Shown piece after piece: positions 12,673 through 24,630 of a DNA stretch of 64,000 bases. Position numbers and translations under genes: made by a program. Positions within the stretch are counted from its first letter, which is position 1. The number at the start of each line of letters is the position of its first letter. Below the pieces are notes generated by a model. The model was not told the DNA's origin and ran no database searches. It was given only the letters and a program-made list of their open reading frames with translations. The DNA comes from Mobula hypostoma (lineage: Eukaryota), in assembly GCF_963921235.1 (NCBI RefSeq), contig NC_086097.1, positions 146,136,001 through 146,200,000 on the forward strand. The letters are read 5' to 3'.

Positions 12673-13811
12673 AACGTGATGCCAGTGATACATTCATATG
12701 CTTTTTCTCATGGGGTATTTTAATATTATTATTCATGTATTTGGCTTATTCTCGCAATGGCTTTGTCCTGCCTCACCGTTCACTGTTCCCTCATACACCA
12801 CTCACCACTTTACCCTCTACAGTTTACAGGCCAGGAGTATTTACTAGTATTTGATGGAAAGTGAGGTAAAAGTAGTAAAGAGAAATAAACAGGCATGAGT
12901 GATTCAGGCTACTGACAGCAAAAAATGAGCCAGCAATCCACTCCCAGAGACCTACTTTGAGTTGGAACTTCGGATGACAGGGTGGAGACTGGAAGAGGCT
13001 CCATAGTGATGCCCTCCAGAACTGACTCAGATGATGGATATTCTTTCACAAAAGAACAATGAATTATTGGAGGAGTGCCAGAAGTCCAGGAGAAGCTGGT
13101 CCCCTCAGGGTAGTAGCATGAAATGGGGAAAGCTGGAAAACAGAACAAAAGGGATCTAGAACTTTTCCATCACCATGGTGAGAACCACAATACTGCAACG
13201 ACAAATGGTCCAATTTACACAGAAACTCAGTGTTTTTACTAACATCTTTCAGGCATAATTCTCAGCAGGAGAGAAAAAATGTCATGGCAACCCAGGTGGC
13301 CTACATAAGTGACCATATGACTGTTCTGAAGAGTGAAATATGAAACAGCTGTAAAACAGTTTAGAGAATGGAGCATGGGGTTTAGGTTTACACTAGATTG
13401 TGTGTATTTAAATTCATTGCATATTTCAATTATTTGCAAACTACAGTTTTATACACATTTTATTTCAACATAAAGCGGCACTGCCCTGTGTAAACAAATT
13501 TTTTGAATTCAGATTTGGAAAAAGAGATTCAGTCACCAACCTGATAGATTTCATTGTTTATAAGTAAGGTTAATATAGTTAATCTCATGAAATGAAAAGC
13601 ATCAAAGGGGAGTACTTAATATGTGAGGGCAGAAACTTACTCTAAAATGGGAAGTAAGCTAGGGGTGGTGGAGTGCGGCTGAGTGGCTGTGTTTACTTTG
13701 AGAGATAATTTAGAATGGATTTCTCTTAGTTAATTGGTTTGAATGGATTATTTGCTTATCAGCCTTTTGTCTCAGATCATCGCCAGGGAGTGACAAGGAG
13801 GAAGATTTAAG

Positions 13812-15060
13812 ATTCCAGATTCAAGATTGTTTAATGTCATTTCTAGTAGACAAGTGTAAAGGAGAACAAAATCTGATGCAGCACCAAAAAAAAAACACAA
13901 TAACTATAAATACATGAGATAGCTTATATATATATTGATTGTATGCACGAAGTGCCAGTACAGGAGTGTCTGTACATAAGGTGACTTTGACAGGAAATGG
14001 AAAAATTAGTGGTGATGGGAGGGGTGTTGTGGGGTGGATAAGTGGGTCGAGGTGTTGATCAGTCTTACTTCTTGGGGAAATAAACTCTTTTGAGTCTCGT
14101 GGTCCTGATGTGGCTGCTACCATAGCATCCTCCCTGATGGCAGTGGAGCAACTTCCATGAAGAATACCAGCCTGCTTCCTCATGATGTTATTGGTCTTTT
14201 TCCAGCACCTTTCTGTATAGAGAGCTTTGATGGTGGGTAGGGTTGTGCCAATGATGCTTTTGGCAGCTTTGACTATCTGTTGTAGAGCCTTTTTGTCCAC
14301 TGCCTTGCAGTTTCCATACCATGAGATAATACAGCATGTTAGGATGCTCTCTACTGCACATCTGTAGAAAGGCATGAGAATGGATGTGTATAGTCCAGCT
14401 CTCTGCAGCCTCTTCAGGAAGAAGAGGCATTGGTGAACTTTTCTGACTGTGTAGGACATATTTTGGGATCATGAGTGTTTGTATGAGATGTACACTCTCT
14501 GGAGTTTGAAAATGCCCGTAGTTTCCACTGAGCCACTAATGTAAAGAGGTGTGAGTTCGCAAGTCAATAACCATTGCCTTTATCTTATTGACATAGAGGA
14601 TGAGGCTTTTTGATTGGCGCCAGGTCTTGAGCTCTTCCACCTCCTCTCTGTGGGGCATCTCATCATTGCTGCCGATGTGCCCTATCACTGTTGTGTCATG
14701 GGGAAATTTGACGATGTGATTACTCTGGTGTTAGGCTGTGCAGTTGTGTGTGAGCAGAGTGTACGGCAATGGGCTCAGCACACAGCCCGGGGGGGGGCAC
14801 TCATGTTGAGGTTGAGGAGGGAGGAGTGGTTGTGCTTCCTGACTATCTGAGGTCTGTGGTTAGGAAGTCCAACACCTAGTGGCACAGCGGGGTATTTACT
14901 CCAAGGAGTAGGAGTTTGTTCACCAAGGTCTGTGGGACAGTAGCGTTGGATGCCAAACTGCATTCTGACATGAATCCTTGTTTCCTCGGTGTGTCAGGGG
15001 CCAATGCCTGATGGATGCTGTGGCATCTGTCTGCAAGGATATCGGTGAGTGCCAGTGAGG
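13812..15060 (-). mobile_element. Older Rex1/Babar LINE (same family as 2470-4919)
   Basis: Translates as VRKVHQCLFFLKRL...FYRCAVESILTCCIISWYG. The tail reads ttcaagattgtttaatgtcatt. Confidence 0.8.
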
Positions 15061-16284
15061 CAGAAATTGAGTTTTTGATGTGTGCCTCTTCATGATGCTT
15101 GACGGGCAGTAGTTGTTCAGTTCTGAACTAAGTTCTGAAGGAAGGCATTGGAACATATGGGAATAGATCTGAAGAGGAGAGCAAAAGGACAGAAAATCTG
15201 GTAAATCCAAACAGTCATGGAAGAAATAGAAAAGGAGTTGTGAGAGTTTGGGGGTTGATATTAGAATAGTCAAATAGAGGAGCTTGAAAGGATTGTTTTG
15301 GTTGATCAGGGTGTGTGATCAAGGGGCAAGGATTGTGATAGTGATAGTACTCCAGTTGAAACAGATAAACTGTGACCAACATACGGACATACAGTGTGTG
15401 TGGAAGGACACTAAGTCCAACAGCCTCTGAATCTTGATAAATCTCTCCATATTTTCAGAAGCTTCCCAATCAGTACCACAAGTCCCTCCCCCACCATCAC
15501 CACCACCAACAATTTAACATTTGAGCAGTAGCTCTAACTATTGGTTATCACTTGTGAAGTAGTTGTTTCTTGTTTCACAGATACTAACTCATTCCACAGG
15601 TGCTGAGTATTTATCTTTTGTTTTTATCAGATATTTATCCAACTTTATTTTTAAAGGGCAATTTGTCTGGATTTCAGTTACTTTTATTGTGAAGTTTACA
15701 CCCAATATCTAGCCTGCACAAAAAGTATCAAACATATCTTGGTGAATTCAGTAAGTAAATTGTGGTTCCTGACATACTGATCCAACTCTGTGTTTATACA
15801 ATAATGAAAGACCAGGTATGGAGACGAGATAAACTTTCTTCCTTTTTATGCATTAGTTTTCTTTAGTAATTTTAGACCAGTTCGTTTAGTTTGGTGCTCA
15901 AAAATGGCTTGTTCCCAAATTTCACAGTTGGCTGACGTTGTCCTTCAAACTTCTTTGCGATGATAACAAGTCCAACTTTATGAGTGTCTACTCATGAGTT
16001 ACATCCCCGGTTTAGAGTCATTCTTGTCTTCTTTTCTCAATATCCTTCCCCATGAGGTTGGCATTCCTGAACTTGCAGTCACACTTTCCAAGTCTGACTT
16101 CACTGATAAGGCTGGAACAAATCCTTCTGACCCACACTCAAAGCCTATCCAATGGCCCAAAACACTTGGTTACTAGAAGTCAACAAGTATCCTTTCAGCC
16201 CATAAAATTCCTTCCAAATTATAAACAAAACATCCCATTCACTTATTCTTCATTGTCCAGATTAAAAGGGAGTGGATTTGGGCC

Positions 16285-16750
16285 GGTACATCATGGGTAA
16301 AGCCCTCCCAATCACTAAGCACATCTACATGAAACGTTGCCGTAGAGAAGCAGCATCCATCATCAAATATCCTCACCATCTAGGACTTGCTCTTTTCTTA
16401 CTGCTGCCATCTGGTACAGGAGCCTCAGCACTCACACCACCAGGTTCAAAAGCAGTTACTACCCCTCAACCATTAGGCTGTTGAATAAAAGGGGATAACT
16501 AACTACGCTCATTCTATTTCTGGTGTTCCCACAACTAATAATCTCACTTTGAGGACCCTATCTTGTTATTTCATGCTGTCATTATTTATTTCTATGTACT
16601 TGTATTTGCATGTGTACAGTTTGTTTTTCATTGATCCTGTTTACAGTTACTGTTCTATAGATTTGCTAAGTATACCCACAGGAAAAATAATCACAGGTTG
16701 TATGTGGTGACATGTATGTACTCCCATAATAAATTTTACTTTGAACTTTT
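16285..16750 (+). mobile_element. Rex1/Babar 3' end
   Basis: Translates as RCRREAASIIKYPHHLGLALFLLLPSG, then a 3'UTR ending ataataaattttactttgaacttt. Confidence 0.8.
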
Positions 16751-18084
16751 TTCTTAAGCCCATCACTCTTAATGGAGCATAGACTATTGACAGATCCTTC
16801 CTCTCACAGGGATGGGGTCTTTGGAAGGTCTGGTGTTTCGTAGCCCTGGGTTTTTACAGAGAAATATTTTCTCAAACTCAAGGATATCCAGAATATATAT
16901 CTATTTAGTCTGCCTCATACACTGCAATCTCACTTTCAAACCAAATATTCTCTAAACAAAGGTTATTCTCAATTTCACAACAAAGATTCAGTTAATTGCA
17001 AGGGCGGTTTGTCAATTTCCAGAGTAGTTCTGTGACCACTGCTTGTATACTTCTATGACTAAATGACAGATGTTGCCAATCAAGTTGAGTTGCCCAAATG
17101 GTCATTTTTCCCTTTCTCATAACAATCTTACACCAGAACATTTCACATCCAGTATATCAATAACCAAAATCCCTAAAGTGTTATTGATAGAATGTGCATT
17201 GTTTCTTTGCTCTTTTCACATTTATTCACCCTTTCCCTCCCTCATTTGTTATATTTGTTCTCTGATATTTCCTTCAGTTACTTTTACTGCATGTAGTTTC
17301 TCCTTTTCTTATTCTTCTTCCTTCATTTTTCAGTTCCATATTCCAGATCCCTCTCTTTTATTCTCTATTTCTCTTTCATCTCTCACACATTCATTCTCAC
17401 TGCCTGCAATCCTTATGTTAAATCTCTTTCATCTTCCACTCCTCACTGATTTTCTTTCAAGCCCTTCTCTATTACCCTCTCCCTCTTTCCTTTTGCCTTA
17501 CCAAGTCTGCTGTTGATTCTGAAGTACGTAAGCTTCAGGGTGGTTTACAACATGTTATATTACTTGGGAGACCCACCCATTGCTTGGCAGAATGTCTGTG
17601 CAGCTGTTGGAAAGCCTTGGCAGGATTCCATATCACAACTCGCATCTACAGGAACTCAAGCAATCTGTTAAAGGAATTGTGCATCAGGGGTTCCCAATGG
17701 AGAACATGTCAGTTTTAAAGAGTGTTTATTGCTCCATTCATTGCAAAACAGCAACTGATTAGGTTACTGGACTAGTAATCTAAAACCTCTACTAAAGATC
17801 CAGGGAGATAAATTCAAACTCTGTCCTAGCAGTGCTGGAAATTAATTTCAATGAGTATATAAATAAAGAATTATTTTAAATATTACTGGCTTGGGCCAGT
17901 AATAGTGTCCATGTACCTGGATGAGTGACAAAAAGGCCTCCTGGTTTGCTAATGCCATTTGTGGAAGGAAACTTCTGTTCAGTTTAGCTTATATGAGATA
18001 CTAGTCCTACAGATTTTTAACAGCCCTCTAAAATGGTCCAATGAAATGAGGGATGACCAATAAACATTGCAATCTTCAACAATA

Positions 18085-18530
18085 AAGTTCAAAAAGTTTA
18101 AAGTAAATGTTATTATCAGAGTACATGCATGTCACTACATGCAACCCTGAGATTTATTTTTGTGTGGACATACTCGGCAATCAATAGAATATTAACTATT
18201 ATTAGAATATTGACTATTATAGGGTCAATGAAAGATTAACTAGAGTGCAGAACATAACAATCCGTGCAAATGCAAGTATAAATAAATGCCAATAAATAAC
18301 AAGAACATGAAATAACAAGATAAAGAATCCTTAAGGTAAGATTATTGGTTGTGGGAACAGATAGTTGTTGGGTAGTAACCGTTCTTGAACCTTTTGGTGC
18401 AAGTCCTGAGGCTGTTGTACCTTCAGCCTGATGGCAGCAGTGAGAAAAAACCATGGCCTTGGCAGTGATGATCTCTGATGATGGATGCTGCTTTACTACG
18501 TCAACATTTCATATAGATGTACTCAATAGT
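18085..18530 (-). mobile_element. Rex1/Babar 3' end
   Basis: Reverse-complement similarity to 16285-16750. Confidence 0.7.
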
Positions 18531-19262
18531 TGTGCTCAATACCTTCATCTCATGAATAAATTAAAGAAAAACTACTTTCTGCTTTACTTCTCTTTACTTT
18601 TGTTAAGTTTGATAATGGTACTCTCTTTTGCAACTCAGATAGATTCTCCTTACTTATAACACAAGATAAGGTCATAGCATCACTTCTTCGTGCAGAAGAC
18701 ACAGTTGATTTAATGAGACAAACAGCAAATGAACTATTGATTAACTCATTGTGGAACCCATAGTCATTGACTTGTGTATTAAATTCTTTGGCCTAGAATG
18801 TGACAGAATATTGAACACATACCATACCAAATGGATTGTTCCTCCAAATAGGGTTTGGGGATGAAACTCCAAATAGAAATAACTGCTTCAACACAAATAT
18901 GACAATATCACATCCCTAAACTAAGCACTCCCAATCAAATCTAGACTCTCTCTCTCTTAACTTGGAGAGCACCTTTAACCCTCATGGGGAAAAAAATGTT
19001 CAGAAGTGCACCTTTAACCACATTTGTACATAATGGAAAGGGAGAAGCTGGGTTCTGTTGGATGGTTGCACAAATTGTCAAAATTATTTAGCAGAATGCA
19101 TGATCTCCAGAACTTCTAAACAAACTCCTTGGTGGTGAGGAAACCCATTTCAGGGCCAGCCAACGCTGTGATGGCATTATGTCCATGTCTTCATTCTGCA
19201 ATGTCTGCCAAGCTAGAATGTCTGTGTTGCAGCAAGTGTCCAGCTTACCTGGTTATTGAAAG

Positions 19263-19410
19263 CCACACCCACACCCACGCTAGCTAGGGACTGGTCCATA
19301 TAAGGAGCGAGCATTGCAGTACTCCCATTGGCTGCCATTTAGTACCTGCCATCATCAGCTGTTGCAAGGCACAGTTAGAGTATAAATCTAGCTCACTGAA
19401 AGCACCTGCT
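19263..19410 (+). promoter_or_regulatory. Candidate muscle-type promoter or enhancer
   Basis: Tandem CACCC boxes 19263-19276, perfect CArG CCATATAAGG 19296-19305, inverted CCAAT 19327-19331, E-box CAGCTG 19356-19361, TATAAA 19381-19386 and E-box CACCTG 19403-19408, all in non-repeat DNA. Confidence 0.45.
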
Positions 19411-19545
19411 CTCATTTGCTCTTTGGACAACGTCAAAGATGGTACTGGAACAGTGAAATTGGGTTGCAGCAAGAGAAGGCCCAAATACACACTTTAGATA
19501 AGTATTTGTAAATGAGTGTAATTGAATGTTTAGTATCCTGTAAAA

Positions 19546-19880
19546 AGAAACATAGAAATCTATAGCACATTACAGGCCCTTCAGTCCACGATGTTGTGTT
19601 GACCATGTAACCTACTCTAGAAACTGCCTAGAATTTCCCTACTGCATAGCCTTCTAATTTTCTAAGCTCCATGTACCTATGTAAGAGTCTCTTTTTGAAA
19701 AAAAAACCCTGTTGTATCCACCTCTACCACCGTCGCTGGCAGTGCCTTCCACGGACCCACCACTATCTGTGTGGAAAAACTTACCTCTGACATTCCCCTT
19801 GTGCCTACTTAAAACTATGCCCCCCTGTGTTAGCTATTTCAGCCCGGGAAAAGTCTCTGGTTATCCACATGATCAAGCCA
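19546..19880 (-). mobile_element. CR1 3' end fragment
   Basis: Tail aaacatagaaatctatagcac, plus an FSTQIVVGPWKALP motif homologous to FFTQRVV..WN.LP. Confidence 0.7.
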
Positions 19881-20707
19881 CATGATAAATGGGTAACTTA
19901 CTTTCCAGTAGTGTCTTTTGTCCCCACGCATCAAACATGTGAACCTAATTTCACGCAACAACCTGGGGAGGTGATGCAATGTCCTTTTTTAGGACTTAAA
20001 CTCTGGTCTACACTTACAGCGTGTTTTGCAGGCTGTTCCCACGCATGTATATGAGTCAATCATCAACTTTTGCTGGAATATTGTCAAATTAATGAGTTAC
20101 TTGGTTCTGCCAGTCTTCTAGTGTCAGGAGCTTTTCTTGACTGAATGGTATATCATGACACTTTCTGACATCTAATGCCACACGCTGAGGGGTGCTCTGA
20201 ATCTAATGCCACAGGGACTCCATGGGGAAATCTCACAGTTCACGTCCCTCCTGTTAAATACAGAGGAGCCAGAATTGCTCAGATGAATCATGCTTCTCAT
20301 GTATGTGAAAGAAAAATTGATGTCATGCTGATATAATTGGTATCAAATGGAATGATGTCATGTATTGTGAATAACATATGAGAAGGCTGTATTGTATATT
20401 TTCAGATTTTATGATTGAAGTACATTGTTAGGAAAAATGTTTTGTCCACTTGCCATTTTCTGATCTGCCTTCCCAATGTTTGAGATCAATTCATCCCGCA
20501 TGTTAACTAGCCACATGACTTTTATGTAATTCTGCATTTGCTGAGCTCATTTCTAAGTTATGCAGATAAATCATCAGCAATCTCACCTGTTTTTTGTCTC
20601 AGGATGTGGAATTGATTTCAGTTTAAGGCCTATACCAAATTTTTCAGAATCACTTTCACTCTTTTTACACATGTCCAAATGATTGGGGGGTAAATATCTG
20701 ATCTTAC

Positions 20708-20849
20708 ATCTCCTGTCCACAAAGGGATGCTGCTATTTTTTTTGTTACTTGACTTTCAGAAAACTGCTGAATGCTATTTCGCATTTTGGTTAAATTTTCT
20801 GAAAGCTGCTTCAATGTTTTGATTTCTTTATTCATTTTGGGCTGAAATT
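20708..20849 (-). other. Candidate coding exon of an unidentified gene
   Basis: Minus-strand acceptor ttttttattccctccAG and donor GAT/GTAAGA. Open frame FQPKMNKEIKTLKQLSENLTKMRNSIQQFSESQVTKKIAASLCGQE, with no recognised homology. Confidence 0.3.
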
Positions 20850-22119
20850 CTGGAGGGAATAAAAAATTTTGACAGACACGAACATTAAAGAGAAACGAGT
20901 ACTTTATTTCATATTCAGTATGACATCTTTGTACATAAATGTGCCACCCTATTAACTCATTGCTTTCCAAAGCACAGTTTGTAACAATTTGTAAGTTCTC
21001 CACAAATGGGCTAGAAACCAATAATGTTGGAAATACTCACAGGTTAGACAACATATGTGGCAAGAGCAGCAGTTCTAATATTTTAGATTGATGATGATCA
21101 TGTTACCAGCCTGTTCTTCTTTTCATGTTGGTATAACTAAAATTTTTGGTTCATTGTAAAAATACTTATTGTACCCTCTTTTTGAGTATACTTCTAATCC
21201 AGTGCTTCAGGGTCATGTTTCAAGTCATTAACTTTAAGTAACAAACCATCTGCTGGTGGAACTCAATGAGTCAAGTAGCTGGTGACCTTTTTTCACTGAT
21301 AGAGGAATTTCAGTCAGTATCCTCTGGGACTGGAGGGACATAACTGAAATAGTAAAGTCACCACCAAATGCTATAATCCAGTAAGCATGTTAAAGGCGAC
21401 TTGACAAATCATAGATTCTAATGGGCCCTAATTTATTTCAGGCAAGTACTTGTAAAATTCTATTCATAAATCTTTTTTTTTGTGTGAACCCCCAGATTAA
21501 AAGGCAACTACTGTATCTTTCTTAGAGGACCTCCAAAGTGTTGTGTATTTAATATTTCAATAATATTTGAGTAATATTGTAAATATATTTGATTAAGCAT
21601 TTTTCCTTTAAATAATTCATTACGGGTTATGTATTTTTAAAAAAATGTGAATTGCATAAGTCATGACACTATCATGTCAGACACGCGTGTCTCACTAAAT
21701 GTAAAACAGAGAATATATACAAGTTATCCCAGATTCATGATTTTCTTGCAATTAGTTTTATGTTTTATGCTGTGGAGTTGCAAAACATAACACTGGTGAC
21801 AGGATATTTTAAAAATGAACCAAAGGTGATTAACCACCTGTTAAAGCGCAATGAGGTATTCGAGTTTGAAAAAAACACACAGTATGCTTTTTTCGTAAGA
21901 GGAGTCATTCGAGTTTAAAAAAAAAAGGCAGGAAACAGACAAATTCGTGGGTTCATAAACAGTGAGTACTGGGTGATAGTAATGATTTTTTGAAAAGCAG
22001 AAATGTCTGGCTACGTCAAAAATAGATGCATTCCATTCCACAATGGATAACTGGCTCATGTATACTGAACAAATTGAGCAGCATTTTGAAGCAAATGAAA
22101 TGGCCAATGAGAAGATAGT

Positions 22120-22766
22120 AAACACAAGGAAATCTGCAGATGCTGGAATTTCAAGCAACACACATAAAAGTGGCTGGTGAATGCAGCAGGCGAGGCAGCA
22201 TCTCTAGGAAAAGGTACAGTCGACGTTTCAGGCTGAGACCCTTCGTCAGGACTAACTGAAAGAAGAGCTAGTAAGAGATTTGAAAGTGGGAGGGGGAGAT
22301 CCAAAATGATAGGAGAAGACAGGAGGGGAACAACACCTCATATTCCGTCGGGGGAACAACACCTTATATTCCGTTTGGGTAGCCTCCAACCTGATAGCAT
22401 GAACATTGACTTCTCAAACTTCGGCTAATGCCCCACCTCCCCCTCGTACCCCATCTGTTATTTATTTTTATACACACATTCTTTTTCTCTCTCTCCTTTT
22501 TCTCCCTCTGTCCCTCTCACTATACCCCTTGCCCATCCTCTGGGTTTTCCCCCCCGCCCCCTTTCTCCCTAGGCTTCCTGTCCAATGATCCTCTCATATC
22601 CCTTTTGCCTATCACCTGTCCAGCTCTTGGCTCCATCCCTCCCCCTCCTGTCTTCTCCTATCATTTTGGATCTCCCCCTCCCCCTCCCACTTTGAAATCT
22701 CTTACTAGCTCTTCTTTCAGTTACCCCGACAAAGGGTCTCAGCCCAAAACGTTGACTGTACCTCTT
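22120..22766. mobile_element. Penelope-like element, 5'-truncated with an inverted pLTR
   Basis: Minus-strand pLTR 22120-22328, then plus-strand EQHLIFRLGSLQPDSMNIDFSNFG* (GIY-YIG end) and a pLTR. Perfect 15-bp TSD caatgagaagatagt (22105-22119 and 22767-22781). Confidence 0.92.
22218..22253 (-). ncRNA. Minimal type I hammerhead ribozyme motif (core intact)
   Basis: Minus strand reads agtc CTGACGA agggtctcagcct GAAA c GTC gact, with stem I agtc/gact. Confidence 0.75.
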
Positions 22767-22837
22767 CAATGAGAAGATAGTTCCAGTTTTGCTGAGTGCC
22801 TTGGATTTAAAGGCACAGTTTGCTTAAAAGTCTGAGC

Positions 22838-22925
22838 AATACACATAAAACGCTGGAGGAACTCAGCAGACCGGGCAGCATCTATGGAAAAAGGGACAGT
22901 CGACGTTTCAGGCTGAAACCCATTC
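22838..22925 (-). mobile_element. Second short pLTR fragment inside Gypsy gag
   Basis: Reads acgctggaggaactcagcag...cagtcgacgtttcaggctgaaaccc and is truncated within hammerhead stem II. Confidence 0.7.
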
Positions 22926-23698
22926 CTACCAAAGGGTTTCGAACCAAACTGAGTTGAAAGTGAGTATGAATTGCAACATCTAAACAGAAACCAGCCTGGC
23001 CAAACAAATTGTGTTACCATTGTGGCAGGGGCTCGTATGCATCAGACCAATGCAGATTTAAAGTTGAAACTTGCAGAAAATGCAACAAAGTAGGACACAT
23101 GCCAAGAGCATGTTGAGTAGACAAAAATAAATGGATGCACGGGGAAGAGAGAAAGATAAAAAGGCACGTTGCAGTCTCAGGAAGAGCATTAATCTGCATG
23201 CTGTTGATGAAAAATCTGATGATGGGAGTGACACAGGACTGAGTAGCATTGAGGTTTACAATACGAAAACTAACAACAGACAAGCAAATATGGCTTACAT
23301 CTGGAGTGAGTGACAAATTATTCAAAATTTAATTGGAAGCTGGCTCGGCTGTTTAATTTTATTCCGCAAGATGAGTTTCAATGACATTTCAAGATACTGA
23401 ACTGAAGCCTGCGGATATCCAACTAAGAACGTGTACTGGAGAAAAGTTATCTCTTGTGGGAATGACATTTGTAACAGTGAAATACAACAATCACCAAGCC
23501 ACGTTGGGCTTGGATGTGGTAAAAATAGAAGGACCAGCGTTGTGGGGACTGACTGACTGACTGAGACAACTACAGCTTGATTGGAGATCCATCCACAGTT
23601 GCACATCACATCCCCTGCAATACGATCAACTGAAAGTGAATGCCACAGCTGTCTCCATGCTGTACACCGTGAACAGTTGCCCAAAAGAGGGCAAACGG

Positions 23699-24630
23699 GT
23701 GTTGGTGCTGACTTCTGTGCCTATGGTTGGAAAGCATATTGGACCAAGGAAGGACCATGCTGCTCAGAGGATCATGAAAGTGACAAAAAGCAGTGGTCTG
23801 GCTATAACAATTTTTTTTTAAAAAGACAATATAGCTGAGAAAGCTCCTGATATTTTAATCAGGCAGTTACTGAGAAATGTGACTTGGTTTTAAGCTAGAA
23901 GAGTCTTCCAGGAGCTTCCCGAAAGTTGCAAGCATTCTGCTTTTGTGAGTGTAGCGAATCAAAATCTACTCTGTGTGAATTTATTGCATGAACTTCAAGT
24001 GGGTGACAAAAAAGCTATTTGTAACAGTAGATGCAAAGACCGAAGTCCAGCTGGATGAATGGAAGGTCAAAAAGATGCAAAAATTCTGGATCTGTCAGAT
24101 GATGTGGTGGATGAGGAAACCAAGAGAAGAGTTCGGATCGTAAAAGGAGCAATAGAGGTATTAATAAGAGAATACTCCAGTGAACTAAATGCACCTTTAA
24201 AAGATCAAGATGCAAAAACTAGAAAGACAAAAAAAACAAAGAGAAAGAAGAGGGTGATATAAGTGCTATGGAAATGGAAGAAGATAAACAACAACTAATT
24301 TCTCTAAAATTAGCAAGTTCAGAGATACTCTCAAGTAACTAGATGTAGAAAATGGAAGGCAAGGAAAAAGGAAGACAAAGTTGAAAAGGAGAGAAGAGAC
24401 AGAATGTGAACGAGAGAGAATGGTGTGAAAGGGAGAAGGAATGCAAGAAAGAAAAACACTTGGAATGAATCGTGAGCCGAATCAGAACAGAGAGCAAGAC
24501 TGCGATGGGGATTGTGAGAGAACCAAGGATAAGGAAAGGGGATGCTACTGAGAAAGGAATCGAGAGCGGGATAAAGAGAAAGAAAGCAGCCAGGACTGGG
24601 AGAGAAGCAAGGATCAAAGCAGATCCGGAG
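23699..24630 (+). pseudogene. RBM25: Processed (intronless) partial pseudogene of RNA-binding protein 25: RRM and RE/RD-rich region
   Basis: Across frames: VLVLTSVPMVGKHIGPRKDH, NIAEKAPDILIRQLL, KCDLVLS*, KLQAFCFCEC, LLHELQVGDKKLFVTVDAKTEVQLDEWK, DEETKRRVRIVKGAIEVLIREYSSELNAP, DISAMEMEEDK, ISKFRDT, and an R/E/D-rich run ending RSKDQSRS. These are colinear with vertebrate RBM25 as I recall it, with many stops and frameshifts. Confidence 0.92.

Noticed and set aside
17070..17516. 148-aa hydrophobic ORF
   Set aside because: An artefact of a pyrimidine-rich low-complexity tract.
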